Source of the DNA: Terriglobia bacterium | GTDB taxonomy: Bacteria > Acidobacteriota > Terriglobia > JAJPHL01 > JAPKYU01 | Assembly: GCA_965206645.1 (NCBI GenBank) | Contig: CBDBKE010000004.1 | Span: forward strand, 1,541,552-1,605,551 | Reading direction: 5' to 3' | DNA length: 64,000 bases | Shown here: in pieces, positions 37,743-48,436 of the stretch | Layout: each line of letters opens with the position of its first letter | How positions within the stretch are numbered: position 1 is the stretch's first letter | Made by a program: the position numbers and the translations under genes | The notes under the pieces: generated by a model | Told to the model about the DNA's origin: nothing | The model's input: only the letters and a program-made list of their open reading frames with translations | Database searches by the model: none

Positions 37743-39086
37743 ATGGCGCGACTCTACTTTTTGATCGTCTGCTTGCTGGCAGCGCCGACTGCGGCCGCTC
37801 TGGAAAAAGAGCCGCTGGAAAGGTACCAGGCCCGGCGCGCGGCCCTCTCCTCGAAACTCAATGATGGCATCACAGTCGTCTTCGCTTACGAGGAGCCGGA
37901 GGGCCCGTCGGCCACTCTCGGCTTCCGGCAGAACGAGAATTTTCACTATTTGACCGGCATCGCTGAGCCAGGGGGCATCCTGGTACTGGTGCCGCGGCTG
38001 ACGGACCGTTCTTCGCCGCACTCTGGCAAGGCAGAAAAGTTTCCCCGCGAGATTTTGTTCCTGCCACCCCGCGATCCGAAACAGGAGCGCTGGACCGGTC
38101 CTAAGCTCGGCCCCCGGGATCCGGACGTGCGCCAGCGCACCGGGTTTCAGACGGTGCTCAGCCAGAAATTCTTCGAGCAGGAGCTTCTGCGGCTGCTGCC
38201 CGCCTACGGCGTGCTCTATACAGTGCTCCCCTCAGGCCATAATAGGGGGAATCGCAGCTTTGAGCACGACCGCTCGAATCGCCTGAAGACGCTGGCGCCA
38301 TTCGCCAAGATCCGCGATGCCGGGCCCGAGATTGCGCGCCTGCGTCAGGTGAAATCCAAGAGCGAACTGGCGCTGTTGGAGAAGGCCATAGACGCCTCGA
38401 TGGAGGCGCACCGGGAGGCGATGCAGGCCGTGCGCTCAGGAATCTACGAATACGAAATCGCGGCCCTGATGAAGTATGTCTTTGAGCGGCTGGGCTGCGA
38501 GCGGCCTGCCTTTGCCCCGATTGTCGGCTCCGGGTTCAACTCCACCGTACTGCACTACAACGCCAACACGCGGCGCATGCAGGCCGGCGACCTGGTGGTT
38601 CTGGACGTGGGTGGCGAGTATGGCGGCTACGCGGCTGATATCACACGCACACTGCCGGTCTCGGGCAAGTTCACCCGGCGGCAGCGCGAGATTTATGAAA
38701 TCGTGCTCGGCGCGCAGAAGGCGGCTATCGCCGCCATCAAGCCGGGTGTGACCATCGGTCGCAAGACCCGGAACAGCATTTACAGGATCGCCTATGACTA
38801 CCTGGACAGCCACGGCAAAGACCGGCGCGGGGAGCCGCTGGGCAAATACTTCATCCACGGCGTCGGCCACCATCTGGGGTTGAACGTTCACGACCCCGGT
38901 GATGTGGGCCGGCCTCTGGAGCCGGGCATGGTCATCACCGTCGAGCCCGGCATCTACATCCCAGGGGAGAACCTGGGAGTGCGTATCGAAGACGTGGTCT
39001 TGGTCACCAAAGACGGCGCCCGCGTGCTGACCGAGGCGCTACCGCGCGAGGCCGACGCCATCGAGCGCGCCATGGCCCGACAATGA
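37743..39086 (+). CDS. pepP: Secreted Xaa-Pro aminopeptidase (M24B, PepP family)
   Basis: Signal peptide. N-terminal creatinase-like domain. M24 pita-bread metal ligands (HGVGHHLGLNVHD, EPGIYIPG, EDVVLVT). Confidence 0.85.
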   Translation: MARLYFLIVCLLAAPTAAALEKEPLERYQARRAALSSKLNDGITVVFAYEEPEGPSATLGFRQNENFHYLTGIAEPGGILVLVPRLTDRSSPHSGKAEKFPREILFLPPRDPKQERWTGPKLGPRDPDVRQRTGFQTVLSQKFFEQELLRLLPAYGVLYTVLPSGHNRGNRSFEHDRSNRLKTLAPFAKIRDAGPEIARLRQVKSKSELALLEKAIDASMEAHREAMQAVRSGIYEYEIAALMKYVFERLGCERPAFAPIVGSGFNSTVLHYNANTRRMQAGDLVVLDVGGEYGGYAADITRTLPVSGKFTRRQREIYEIVLGAQKAAIAAIKPGVTIGRKTRNSIYRIAYDYLDSHGKDRRGEPLGKYFIHGVGHHLGLNVHDPGDVGRPLEPGMVITVEPGIYIPGENLGVRIEDVVLVTKDGARVLTEALPREADAIERAMARQ

Positions 39087-39169
39087 GGGGCAGCCCGGTT
39101 CCGGTTGGCAAAACTTAGTGGTTCCGGCTGGCTCTCAGGTTCCAGAGGGCATTCAAAAAACTCGGCCCC

Positions 39170-39200
39170 GGAGTTGCAACCTCCGGGGCCATATCCTTAT
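39170..39200 (-). terminator. Rho-independent terminator for the era operon. It is the GGCCCCGGAGG-TTGCAA-CTCCGGGGCC hairpin followed by TTTTTTGA on the minus strand
   Basis: Read directly. Confidence 0.55.
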
Positions 39201-39465
39201 CTACTTCCCCTCCCACCGAGAGGAAAGCCATCTTATCCCACCCAATCCAGCTCCACCTCGCGGGGGCCACCAAGCAGGGCACGAGCTAATCCTGTCTCCT
39301 ATTTAAGCAATCAGGCTGCCAGCCTGGCTTTCAGTTAAGTACTTGAAAATAAATTACAAAGTTGAATCTTCTCTACGGCAAGAATACAACAATCCGTAGA
39401 AGCCCGCCGACCCTCCAAATTCCCGTATTAGCTGTAGTAGCGCTCGGGGCCCAAGCTTGTCTTTG

Positions 39466-39606
39466 TCACCGGTCTGGCTCACTGGCCTGGCTCAGCCGAC
39501 GACGCACTTGGTCGGTAATGATGCCGTCTTTAGTCTCCTGATCGCTGGCAACAACGGGAACGGCACAAGGCAGCAGAATCAGCAAGCAAACAAGGAGGCG
39601 CAACAT
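39466..39606 (-). CDS. Small ORF (46 aa): signal peptide plus a BON-domain-like start (DGIITDQVRRRL), translationally coupled to era
   Basis: ATG 2 nt after the era TAA. MLRLLVCLLILLPCAVPVVASDQETKDGIITDQVRRRLSQASEPDR. It is below the ORF-track cutoff and was hand-translated. Confidence 0.25.
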   Translation of the reverse strand: MLRLLVCLLILLPCAVPVVASDQETKDGIITDQVRRRLSQASEPDR

Positions 39607-39608
39607 AA

Positions 39609-40562
39609 TTACAACGTCAACGGCCCTTCGTCGGAATCGCTTTTCTCTTCGCCCACCATACTGCGCCAGTCAATGGCCTGCAAGAACCGCGGACTTTCGC
39701 GCCAGCCGGGACGCACCTTCACGAACAGCTCCAGGTAGACCCTCAGGCCGAACAGTTTCTCAAGCTCCTCGCGGGCCCGGGTGCCGATCTTCTTCAGCTT
39801 TTCGCCGCGGGCCCCGATCATGATCCCCTTCTGGCCGGCGCGCTCGACGTAGACGGTGGCGTGAATGCGAAGCAGGCCGGGCTTCTCCTCGAAGCTGTCC
39901 ACCAGCACCATCGTCGCGTAGGGCAATTCCTGGCGAGTCAGCAGGATGACCTTTTCCCGGACGATCTCGCCAGCCAGGAAGCGAGCGGGCTGATCGGTGA
40001 GGTGGTCCGAAGGGAAGTACTGGGGACCCTCCGGCAGGGCGGCGATAATCCGTTCAACCAGCGTCTCCAGGCCGTCGCCGGTGAGCGCGGAAGTGGGAAG
40101 GAGTTCAGCAAAATCGTGCCGCTGGCGATACTGTTCCATCAGCGGAAGCAGGATGCGCTTGTCGGGGAGCAGATCAATCTTGTTCAGTAGCAGGAAGCTG
40201 GGCTGGCCGGTCTTCTTCATCAGCTCCAAGGCGTACTGGTCGCCACGGCCGAAGGCGCGGGTGGCGTCCGCCAGTAGCAGCAGCAGATCACACCCCTGAA
40301 GCGCCTCGCGGACTTCGGCCATCATCCTCCGGTTGATCCGGCTGTCGGGTTTGTGGATGCCGGGAGTATCCAGGAAGATGATCTGCGCGTGCGGCCGGTT
40401 CACGACGCCCTGGATGCGGTTGCGTGTGGTCTGCGGCTTGTCCGTGACGATGGCGATCTTGGAGCCGATCAGAGCGTTCAGCAGAGTGGACTTGCCAGCG
40501 TTGGGGCGGCCCAGGATCGAAATAAACCCGGAAGCAAAACGGCCCTGCGGCACCGCCTTCAT
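39609..40562 (-). CDS. era: GTPase Era
   Basis: G1 GRPNAGKST, G3 DTPG, G4 NKID and a C-terminal KH domain. Confidence 0.9.
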   Translation of the reverse strand: MKAVPQGRFASGFISILGRPNAGKSTLLNALIGSKIAIVTDKPQTTRNRIQGVVNRPHAQIIFLDTPGIHKPDSRINRRMMAEVREALQGCDLLLLLADATRAFGRGDQYALELMKKTGQPSFLLLNKIDLLPDKRILLPLMEQYRQRHDFAELLPTSALTGDGLETLVERIIAALPEGPQYFPSDHLTDQPARFLAGEIVREKVILLTRQELPYATMVLVDSFEEKPGLLRIHATVYVERAGQKGIMIGARGEKLKKIGTRAREELEKLFGLRVYLELFVKVRPGWRESPRFLQAIDWRSMVGEEKSDSDEGPLTL

Positions 40563-41845
40563 CCGGGGACCGACGACGCCTCCTCGGTGTCGGCAGGACG
40601 CATGGAAATGCGGAGGCGATCGACCTTGAGGCCATTGGCGGCCAGGACCTCAAAGCGCAGCCCGTTGTGATCGAAGACCTCGCCGGGCTGCGGCACATGG
40701 CCGGCCAGCGCATTGACCAGGCCGGCCACCGTGGCCACCTCAGCCGGCGTCTCGGGTCGCACGCCGAACAATTCCTCCAGCCGGTCGATATCTGCATGGC
40801 CAGCCAGCAGGTAAGAATTGTTTCCTTCAGCCACCACTTCGCCGGGCGTTTCGGTCTCGTCGTGAATTTCGCCCACGATCTCCTCGACCAGATCTTCCAT
40901 GGTGGCCACGCCGGCCACCGAGCCATATTCGTCAATCACCACGGCCATGTGGATGTTCTGGCGCTGCATCTCACGGAACAGCTCGGCCACCGGCTTGGTT
41001 TCCGGCGCGAACAGGACCGGACGGAGCCGCTCGCCGGCTCGCATGCGCTTCAGCTCCGGGTCCTCCAGTTGGATGAACTCCCGGGTGTAGACGAAACCCT
41101 CGATGTTGTCCAGGTCGCCGGAGTACACCGGAACGCGGGAGTAGTGCTTGGTCTCGATCGTCCGAAGCAAGTCCTCCAGCGTGACGTTCTTTTCCACCGC
41201 TACAATGTTCGGGCGCGCTGTCATTGCCTCACGCACAGTCTTGTCGCCGAACTCCACCACCGACTGAATCAGCCGCCGGTCCCCTTTCTCGATCAGCCCC
41301 TGTTCTTCGCCGCGTTCGATCAGCGCTTCAATGTTTTTCTCGTTGCTCTTGGGATTCTCCTGCTCGGCTCCCGGCTCGGCGCCCAGCGCGGCCATGGAGA
41401 AAGAAAAGGAAAGCACGGCCACCACCGGAGTGGCCAGCAGAGCCGAAAGCCGCAGCAGGCGGGTGAAGCCCACCAGCCACTCGCCACTGGTGCGGGTGAT
41501 CAGCACGTGCGGGACCAGATGAGCGAACACCACCACGGTCACTACCAGAAGGATGGCCGTCTGCAGAGCGGTTGCCCAGTTGAGGGTAGCTCGAGCAAAG
41601 GCCAGATAGCCGCCCAGCACGGCTAGCGCCAGGATCATCATCTGGGCCAGCAGAGCGAACGTCAGGCCGGCACGGACGCGGTCCAGCTTCAGCGAGGGTT
41701 CGACCTTGCGCTCAAACATCTCGATGTTGTCCTCGACGCCAACCAGGAAGAACTTGCCCATTTCTGTATAGAGGCGGTCCACGTAGGCAAACAGGGTGAG
41801 CAGCGCGATGCTCAGCACAATCAGGATGGCGGCCAGCAGAATCAT
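40559..41845 (-). CDS. corC: Hemolysin-family / CorC-type protein (CNNM TM domain + CBS pair + CorC_HlyC)
   Basis: Domain order inferred from sequence. Conserved phoH-ybeY-corC-era neighbourhood. Confidence 0.8.
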   Translation of the reverse strand: MILLAAILIVLSIALLTLFAYVDRLYTEMGKFFLVGVEDNIEMFERKVEPSLKLDRVRAGLTFALLAQMMILALAVLGGYLAFARATLNWATALQTAILLVVTVVVFAHLVPHVLITRTSGEWLVGFTRLLRLSALLATPVVAVLSFSFSMAALGAEPGAEQENPKSNEKNIEALIERGEEQGLIEKGDRRLIQSVVEFGDKTVREAMTARPNIVAVEKNVTLEDLLRTIETKHYSRVPVYSGDLDNIEGFVYTREFIQLEDPELKRMRAGERLRPVLFAPETKPVAELFREMQRQNIHMAVVIDEYGSVAGVATMEDLVEEIVGEIHDETETPGEVVAEGNNSYLLAGHADIDRLEELFGVRPETPAEVATVAGLVNALAGHVPQPGEVFDHNGLRFEVLAANGLKVDRLRISMRPADTEEASSVPG

Positions 41846-42321
41846 TGGTGGACCCGTTCCATCAAACCCTGAGGGAGGGCCAACCGCTTACGCCAGCGCC
41901 GCTCGGCACGCGCCATCCGGGCGGCATCCCGAGGCCCCTCGTGGTCAAAGCCCAGCAGATGAAGCAGGCCATGCAGCAGCAGGATTCGGATTTCAGTCTC
42001 CACGGAATGGCCTAGGCGTCGCGCCTGCTGCCGGGCGGTTTCAACCGAAACCAGCAAGTCGCCGGCCCGCCCGTCGGCTCCATCCGGAAACGACAGCACG
42101 TCGGTCGGCTGGTTCAGGCCTCGGAAGCGCTTCTGGTACCGCCGCATGACCGCATCCGAAACCAGACACACGCTGACGGGACTCCCGGCAGCTACCTCCC
42201 GCTGCAAACGCCGCAGGAAATCCTGCAGTGGGAGAATGGAAAGCTTCACGCGGCGTTGCCGGTTCAGCAGCGTGGGTCCGTTGTCACTGTCGGAGGGAGT
42301 TTCTGGCGCTGGCGCTGTCAT
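41842..42321 (-). CDS. ybeY: rRNA maturation endoribonuclease YbeY
   Basis: HGLLHLLGFDHE zinc-binding motif. Confidence 0.85.
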   Translation of the reverse strand: MTAPAPETPSDSDNGPTLLNRQRRVKLSILPLQDFLRRLQREVAAGSPVSVCLVSDAVMRRYQKRFRGLNQPTDVLSFPDGADGRAGDLLVSVETARQQARRLGHSVETEIRILLLHGLLHLLGFDHEGPRDAARMARAERRWRKRLALPQGLMERVHQ

Positions 42322-42343
42322 GCTGTTGGCGGTGGGCTGGTGG

Positions 42344-43396
42344 CTACTCTGAAGTGGACTCGTTGGACACGACTCCCGGCGGTCGATCTCCGTTCGGCCC
42401 CTCTACCGGCGTCCCATCCCGGACCGTGCCGCCACCATTGACAACGGCGGCGGTTTGCGTCGCGTAGCTCTCGTACGCCTTGATGATCTGCTGCACCAGC
42501 GTGTGGCGCACGACATCCCTTTCGTTGAAGTAGACGAAGGCGATCCCCTTGATTCCCGACACCACGTCAATGGCTTCCAGCAGGCCGCTCCGCTTGCTGG
42601 CCGGCAGGTCAATTTGTGTGATATCGCCCGTGATCACCGCCTTGGAATCAAACCCGAGGCGGGTGAGGAACATCTTCATCTGCTCGCTGGTGGTATTCTG
42701 CGCCTCGTCCAGGATCACGAAACTGTGGTTCAGCGTACGCCCGCGCATGAAGGCCAGCGGCGCAATCTCGATCGTGTCCCGGTCCAGGTAGCGGTCCACC
42801 TTTTCGGTGTCCATCATGTCATAGAGGGCGTCATAGAGGGGCCGCAGATAGGGATCCACTTTCTCCTGCACGGTGCCCGGTAGAAAGCCCAGCCGCTCGC
42901 CCGCCTCGATCGCCGGGCGGGCCAGGATGATGCGGTTCACCTTCTTGCTCATTAGCGCGCTGATGGCCATGGCCACTGCCAGATAGGTCTTGCCCGTGCC
43001 TCCTGGCCCGATACCAAAGACCATGTCATTGTCCTCGATGGCCTCCATGTAGCGCTGCTGGTTCAGGCTCTTGGGTTGAATCGGTTTCTTGCCAAAGTGG
43101 CGCTGCCGCCCGCTGTGCACCAAGCCGAGGAGTGTACTGGAGGGGTCTTCCAGCAACACCCGCAGGTAGTCATACAAGGCTCCATTGTTGAACAGGTGCC
43201 CTTCTCGCAACAATCGGTTGTAATCTTGCACAATTTGGGTGGCGCGATCCACATTGGCCGCTTCGCCTTCGATTTCCAGACAGTCGTCCCGGAGGGCGGT
43301 ATTGACTCGCAATGCGGTTTCCAACAGGCGGATGTTCTCGTCGCGGGTACCGAACAACCATTCGATTCCGCGATCGATCTTGACGCTGGCCTTCAT
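42344..43396 (-). CDS. phoH: PhoH-family ATPase (YbeZ)
   Basis: Walker [12 protein letters not shown] and Walker B ILDEAQN. Confidence 0.9.
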   Translation of the reverse strand: MKASVKIDRGIEWLFGTRDENIRLLETALRVNTALRDDCLEIEGEAANVDRATQIVQDYNRLLREGHLFNNGALYDYLRVLLEDPSSTLLGLVHSGRQRHFGKKPIQPKSLNQQRYMEAIEDNDMVFGIGPGGTGKTYLAVAMAISALMSKKVNRIILARPAIEAGERLGFLPGTVQEKVDPYLRPLYDALYDMMDTEKVDRYLDRDTIEIAPLAFMRGRTLNHSFVILDEAQNTTSEQMKMFLTRLGFDSKAVITGDITQIDLPASKRSGLLEAIDVVSGIKGIAFVYFNERDVVRHTLVQQIIKAYESYATQTAAVVNGGGTVRDGTPVEGPNGDRPPGVVSNESTSE

Positions 43397-43707
43397 CTAG
43401 TCGGGCTTCTCTACCTCCCTAAGACAAAAATGCCCCTTTCGGGGCTAAAGCAGAACCGGTTCTAGTTCACCTCCATAAGAAGGTCATTCACAGGATAGCA
43501 AAGCATATGAACTTAGTCAATTGGCAATAACTACTTGTATTTAAATTGGTTATCACTAGGCAGATGACCTCTGCTCTGGAAGGCCTTCTGGCGAGCGGGC
43601 CGGCCACTGAGCAAAACACTTCTAAGATGAACCCCAGCCGTCGGAGATATCGTAGCTCTTCGCCTTGGTCATCCGGCCGATCTCTCCTCGCCAAGCATCG
43701 GGCCCCC

Positions 43708-45258
43708 TCAGGAAGCCGAGGCGGGCACCGTGGTGTTAGCGCGGACGGCACGGCCCCGCGCCCAGTGTCGCAAAGCGTCCACCTCCTCTCGCCGAGTCAC
43801 GGAGAGCGGCATGGTATTGCCCAGTTCGCCAAGCACGATCTCGGTGCTCAATTCTTGCCTGTCCGCGTAAGCGCTGAAGAGGGCACCTTTCACCGCTTGC
43901 TCGATTTCGGCGCCGCTGAACCCCTCCGAGGCACCCGCCAGTGCCTCCAGATCAAATGCCGCCGGGTTGCGACCCTTACGCTTCAGGTGCACCCGAAAGA
44001 TCTGTTGGCGCTCTTTCGGGCCGGACAAATCCACGAAGAAGATTTCATCGAATCGTCCTTTGCGGACCAGTTCCGGGGGCAGCACAGTGATGTCATTCGA
44101 GGTGGCAACCACAAAGACCGGCGCCTTGCGTTCCTGCAGCCAGGAGAGGAACGATCTCAGAATTCGGTTGGAAACTCCGCCGTCGGTGGCAGCCGCTCCA
44201 GACGAGGCGGCAAAGCCTTTCTCAATCTCGTCGATCCACAAGACGGCCGGGGCCAACTCGCCCGAGATGTCCAGGGCTTGCCGCAGGCGTCTCTCCGATT
44301 CCCCAACGTACTTGTTATACAGGCTGCCCGCGTTCAGTTTCAGAAGCGGTAGCCGCCATTCCCGCGCCACCGCCTTGGCGCACAGGCTCTTACCACAGCC
44401 CTGGACACCGGTGATCAGGATACCGCGTGGCGGGTCCAGGCCAAATTCGGCCGCCTCGCGCGTATAAGCCCCATGCCTTTTCTTCAACCAGCTCTTCAAG
44501 TTGGCCAACCCGCCCATGCTCTGGAAGTCATCGCTGGGCTCCACAAATTCCAGCACGCCCTGGTGGGAGATGATCTCCTTCTTCTTGGCCAGAACCGCGT
44601 CCAGGCAGCGCTCATCCACCCCGCCGTGTTCCAGCATGGCCGTGGTCAGGACCCGCTCGGCTTCGTTCAGAGTCAGCCCGCGCAGGCCGGCCGCCAGCCG
44701 ATCCAGGCCCGCTTTATCCAGATCCCTGCGGAGAGTGTAGGACGCCTTCAGACGGCGAAAGGTGAGCTCGGTGAGCCGCTTCAGCTGCGCACTGTCAGGC
44801 ACATCCAGGCGGAAGATAACCACATCTTTCTGCAACTCCACCGGCACCTACAGCACCGGTGCCGAAATCAGTACCGACCGCCGAGTGCGACGGAACTGGT
44901 CGCATAGGTCGCGCAACTTGCGCAGGACCACGTCCTGCTCCAGGTAGGGGTGAAAATCTTCCAGCAGGTAGAGGGCGTCCACCGACACGTTCCCGATGTG
45001 ATTCAAAGCGGCCATGGGTTCGCAAGTGCGGAAGATGGCGTTGGGCAGCCCGGCCCGCTGCAAACCAGTGGTCACCGTCCAGAAGAAGAGAGGAATCTGG
45101 AGGTCTACCGCCAGCGCCTCGAGCATCGCTTCCACTCGCTCTTCTTCCCAGGTCTCGATGTAGATCAGGGGAGTTTCCGAGTTGATCAGCAGCGTGAGTT
45201 CTCTGGCCTTGTTCATCCGGTGGAAGATCATTTTATATCGGGCGGGGGAACACTCCAA
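43708..45258 (-). CDS. AAA-family ATPase (~516 aa) interrupted by an in-frame TAG at 44848-44850
   Basis: ORFs 45258..44848 and 44847..43708 are in the same frame and separated only by TAG (SAPVL*VPVELQ). Walker A GVQGCGKSL and Walker B VLWIDEIEK follow. Confidence 0.65.
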
Positions 45259-45359
45259 AGACCCAAAAGGACGGAACCGCTTTGACAGTTGTGACTGTCA
45301 AATTGGATGCGCATAAAATGACTGTCTATGCTAACCTCCAAGGAGCAAACAGGAGAATC

Positions 45360-45641
45360 ATGGCCAATCATTTCTCGGCGCTGAAAAGAATGCGCCAGAG
45401 CCGGAAGCGAGCCGAAGCCAACAAGGCCCGTCGCACCCGCCTTCGTCATGAGCTGCGGGAACTGCGTCGGGCGATCCGCGCCGGAGACCTCCAGAAGGCC
45501 CAAACTCTGTTAGGTCCTGCCGCTTCGGTCATCGACAAGTCCCTGAAGAAAGGGATCATCAAGGAGAGGACGGCCGGCCGCTTTAAATCACGGCTGATGG
45601 CCCGCCTCGCCGCTCTGAAGAAGAGCGCCGCAGCCGCCTAA
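45360..45641 (+). CDS. rpsT: 30S ribosomal protein bS20
   Basis: MANHFSALKRMRQSRKRAEANKARR... GGAG RBS. The longer ORF from 45282 is an artefact. Confidence 0.9.
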   Translation: MANHFSALKRMRQSRKRAEANKARRTRLRHELRELRRAIRAGDLQKAQTLLGPAASVIDKSLKKGIIKERTAGRFKSRLMARLAALKKSAAAA

Positions 45642-45728
45642 AGCCCCACAGTTCCAAGCGGACCCGGAGTTTCAAGCAGACCCACGGTTCCGCGCTGGAT
45701 TGCTCAAGTGGGGGCGCAACAGGCGGCG

Positions 45729-46703
45729 CTACCAATCAAGATTGGCGTCCCAGAGGGGAGCCGGGGGCTTCCGGATCAGGACCCTGTGCAGGAGTTGCGC
45801 AGCTAACTCGAACCCCTCCTCCGGATCAATCAGCGGATCCTCGTGCTCGATGGACAGCACGTCATCATAGCCCACCTGGCGCAGGGTGCTGACGAAGGCG
45901 CGCCAGAACTCTTCCGGGTGTCCATAGCCGACGGTGCGGAAAATCCAACTGCGGTTCTTTGTGTCCTGAAACGTCTTGGCATCGAGGATCCCGTTGACGC
46001 GCACGTTATGCGGGTCCGGTAGGCTGTCTTTCGCGTGGGCATGGTAGATGACCTCGCCCAGGGTCCGGATCACTTCCAGGATATCCATGCCCTGCCAAAA
46101 CAGGTGGGACGGGTCGAGGTTGCATCCGATGACCGGACCCACCGCATCTCGCAAGCGGAGCAGCGCTTCGGGATTGAACACTATGTCACCCGGGTGCATT
46201 TCAAAGCACAGCTGGATCCCGTGGTCCGAGGCAATTTTTCCATGCTCCTTCCAATACGGGATCAGCCGCTTCTCCCACTGCCACTCATACCTCTCCATCA
46301 GCCGCGGCGGAAAGGGAAAGAGAATCCAGTTGGGGACCTTGTCCCCGGGGGCCGCCTCCGGCACGCCGGACAGCAACGTCAGCCGGGTGACTCTGATTTT
46401 CTCAGCCAGTGCGCAGGTCGCGCGAAAGTCGCGGTCGTAAGCTTCCGAAATCTTAGGGTCAGGATGAAGCGGCTCTCCGTGCATCGCAAAGGCACTGATC
46501 TTCAGCTCGGCGTCGGCCAGAATGGCCTGAAACTCCTCCAGCGCGCGCGAATTGGCCAGCAACTGCGCCGGGTGGCAATGGTTCTTCGGGAAGAAACCTC
46601 CGGTGCCGATTTCTATTGCTTGCAATCCCAGCGCGTGCATCTTCTTGGCGGCTTCCGGTAGCGGCTGGTTTACAAAGACGGTGGTAATGGCTCCTAGATG
46701 CAT
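45729..46703 (-). CDS. Sugar phosphate isomerase/epimerase (xylose-isomerase-like TIM barrel)
   Basis: AP-endonuclease-2 / XylA-like TIM-barrel pattern with conserved His/Glu/Asp metal ligands. Confidence 0.75.
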   Translation of the reverse strand: MHLGAITTVFVNQPLPEAAKKMHALGLQAIEIGTGGFFPKNHCHPAQLLANSRALEEFQAILADAELKISAFAMHGEPLHPDPKISEAYDRDFRATCALAEKIRVTRLTLLSGVPEAAPGDKVPNWILFPFPPRLMERYEWQWEKRLIPYWKEHGKIASDHGIQLCFEMHPGDIVFNPEALLRLRDAVGPVIGCNLDPSHLFWQGMDILEVIRTLGEVIYHAHAKDSLPDPHNVRVNGILDAKTFQDTKNRSWIFRTVGYGHPEEFWRAFVSTLRQVGYDDVLSIEHEDPLIDPEEGFELAAQLLHRVLIRKPPAPLWDANLDW

Positions 46704-46793
46704 GGCAGTCTCTCCTCCCGACCAAACCGCGAACAGAGTTTTCCTTTGGTCCTAGCAGCCTGCGGAGGACCCCTTTGTACGACACTTGCAGGA

Positions 46794-47879
46794 TTACCGT
46801 TCTTGGGCCAGATCCATGACTAGGCGTTCCAAAATGACGTGCTCATCGGGCGGCGAGAAGCGCAGGGCTACGTCCGCTTCAAACAGCTTTTCCAGTGCCC
46901 CGGTCAATTCTGCCACCGTAAACTTGCGTGCTTGCTCGCGCACCTTGGGATGGACCCACTCCCGGGCTCCCTCCTTGCACTTCAGCAACTTCCGCACGTG
47001 ACCGGCGATCAAGGCAGCCACCAGCAGCGGCGAGGTGTTCCGGCGCAGCATCACCTGCACCAGGCGCAGTGCGCCGGCGATATCGCGTTCTCCGATGGCG
47101 TCGGAAATTTCCCACAGCGTAAAACTGCTTTCGGCCGGCACCACTGCCTGCACCTGCGCGGAAGAAATCCGGCCGCTACCGGCGGCGCACAGCATGAGTT
47201 TTTCCAGCTCCAGAACCGCACGGGCCAAGTCACCGGTGCAGGCTTCGGCCAATTCTCTGGCGGTATCCTGCTGTAAGACAATGTTGTTGCGCCTAGCTTC
47301 CTCGATCAAGTAGCGGGCGGCTTGCCCAGTGGAAGACCTCTCCAGCCGCAACGATGGTACCGGGAGCAGCTTCTCGAGCCGCTCGGCCTTGCGCGCAGCG
47401 TCCCGGTCGCTCAAATCCAGCGAAGTTGCCTCGAACACCACCACGCTGCCCGGCAGGGGGCGCGCGAAATAGTCGGCAACCGCAGCCGCAGAATGCCGGG
47501 CTGCCGTCGCGGGCTCATCGGATGTGTCCTCCTCACCCTCCTCGGGCAGGCCGGCAGCTGGCGCCTCCGGGCGCAGCGGCCTCCCCTGCTGCTTTCGCTT
47601 GGCGAGTAGAGCTTCTGCATTGCGCAACCATAACAGGCGCCGGCTGGCAAATAGGCCTGGCGAGGCGGCGTCCTCAAGAGCATTGTGCACAGGCACTTGG
47701 ACCAGATCGTGTTCTACTAGTTCCCCCCCTGGCTCCCCGCCCGGGTCCTCGAGGAAAAATTTTCGCAGGGCTTCCCGAACCCGGTCGCGAAAGAACAGCT
47801 CTCTGCCGACCAGCAGATAGCCGGGGGAAAACTTGCCCCCGGCGGCCCCCTTCAGGAACTCAGCCAGAGACAGGCCCAT
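46794..47879 (-). CDS. holA: DNA polymerase III delta subunit
   Basis: HolA N-terminal domain (YLLVGRELFFRDRVREAL). Synteny lptE-holA. Confidence 0.8.
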   Translation of the reverse strand: MGLSLAEFLKGAAGGKFSPGYLLVGRELFFRDRVREALRKFFLEDPGGEPGGELVEHDLVQVPVHNALEDAASPGLFASRRLLWLRNAEALLAKRKQQGRPLRPEAPAAGLPEEGEEDTSDEPATAARHSAAAVADYFARPLPGSVVVFEATSLDLSDRDAARKAERLEKLLPVPSLRLERSSTGQAARYLIEEARRNNIVLQQDTARELAEACTGDLARAVLELEKLMLCAAGSGRISSAQVQAVVPAESSFTLWEISDAIGERDIAGALRLVQVMLRRNTSPLLVAALIAGHVRKLLKCKEGAREWVHPKVREQARKFTVAELTGALEKLFEADVALRFSPPDEHVILERLVMDLAQER

Positions 47880-48436
47880 CAGAATGCCTCAAGAAGGGAA
47901 GACACCAGGCTGGCGGCGAAGGAGCGGCCGAGTCGTTCCACGGCCGGGCCGCTTTCTTCAAAGTAGGTGGCCGCGTCGCCGCTGACCTCGTGGGTTTCTG
48001 TGAAGCGGAAGTCGGGATCCTGGAATAGCAGTTTGCCGGTGTGCTGGTCGGTTAGCTTCACTCGCATGCGCACGGCCATGCTCACCGCGGTGGTGCGCCT
48101 TTCGGAGGAATCCACCAATATTGGCGTGGTCCAGAACTGGATCACGGTGCCCGTCAGGACCGCGTCGCTGCCGGCCGGTTCCGGCTGGATGCGAAATCGG
48201 GTACGGGCCAGTAATTCGCGCACCACCGCCTGGGTGAGCACTTGCTCGACTTTGTAGCGCGAGGTCTCGTTGCGGAAGGCAGGGACGGCGATGGTTTTGA
48301 CCTCAGCGGGGATTTGCGTCCCCTTGCCGGCCACGTGGTAGCCGCAACCGTTGCCCGCAAGACCCACCATCAGGACCACCGCGACCAGAGCTGCGCTGCT
48401 TGTCCTCAATTCCGCACCCGGCACTCCCTGCTTCAT
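47879..48436 (-). CDS. lptE: LPS-assembly lipoprotein LptE
   Basis: Lipobox LAGNGC|GYHV and LptE beta-domain. Start MKQGVPG at 48436. Its stop overlaps the holA start. Confidence 0.65.
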   Translation of the reverse strand: MKQGVPGAELRTSSAALVAVVLMVGLAGNGCGYHVAGKGTQIPAEVKTIAVPAFRNETSRYKVEQVLTQAVVRELLARTRFRIQPEPAGSDAVLTGTVIQFWTTPILVDSSERRTTAVSMAVRMRVKLTDQHTGKLLFQDPDFRFTETHEVSGDAATYFEESGPAVERLGRSFAASLVSSLLEAF

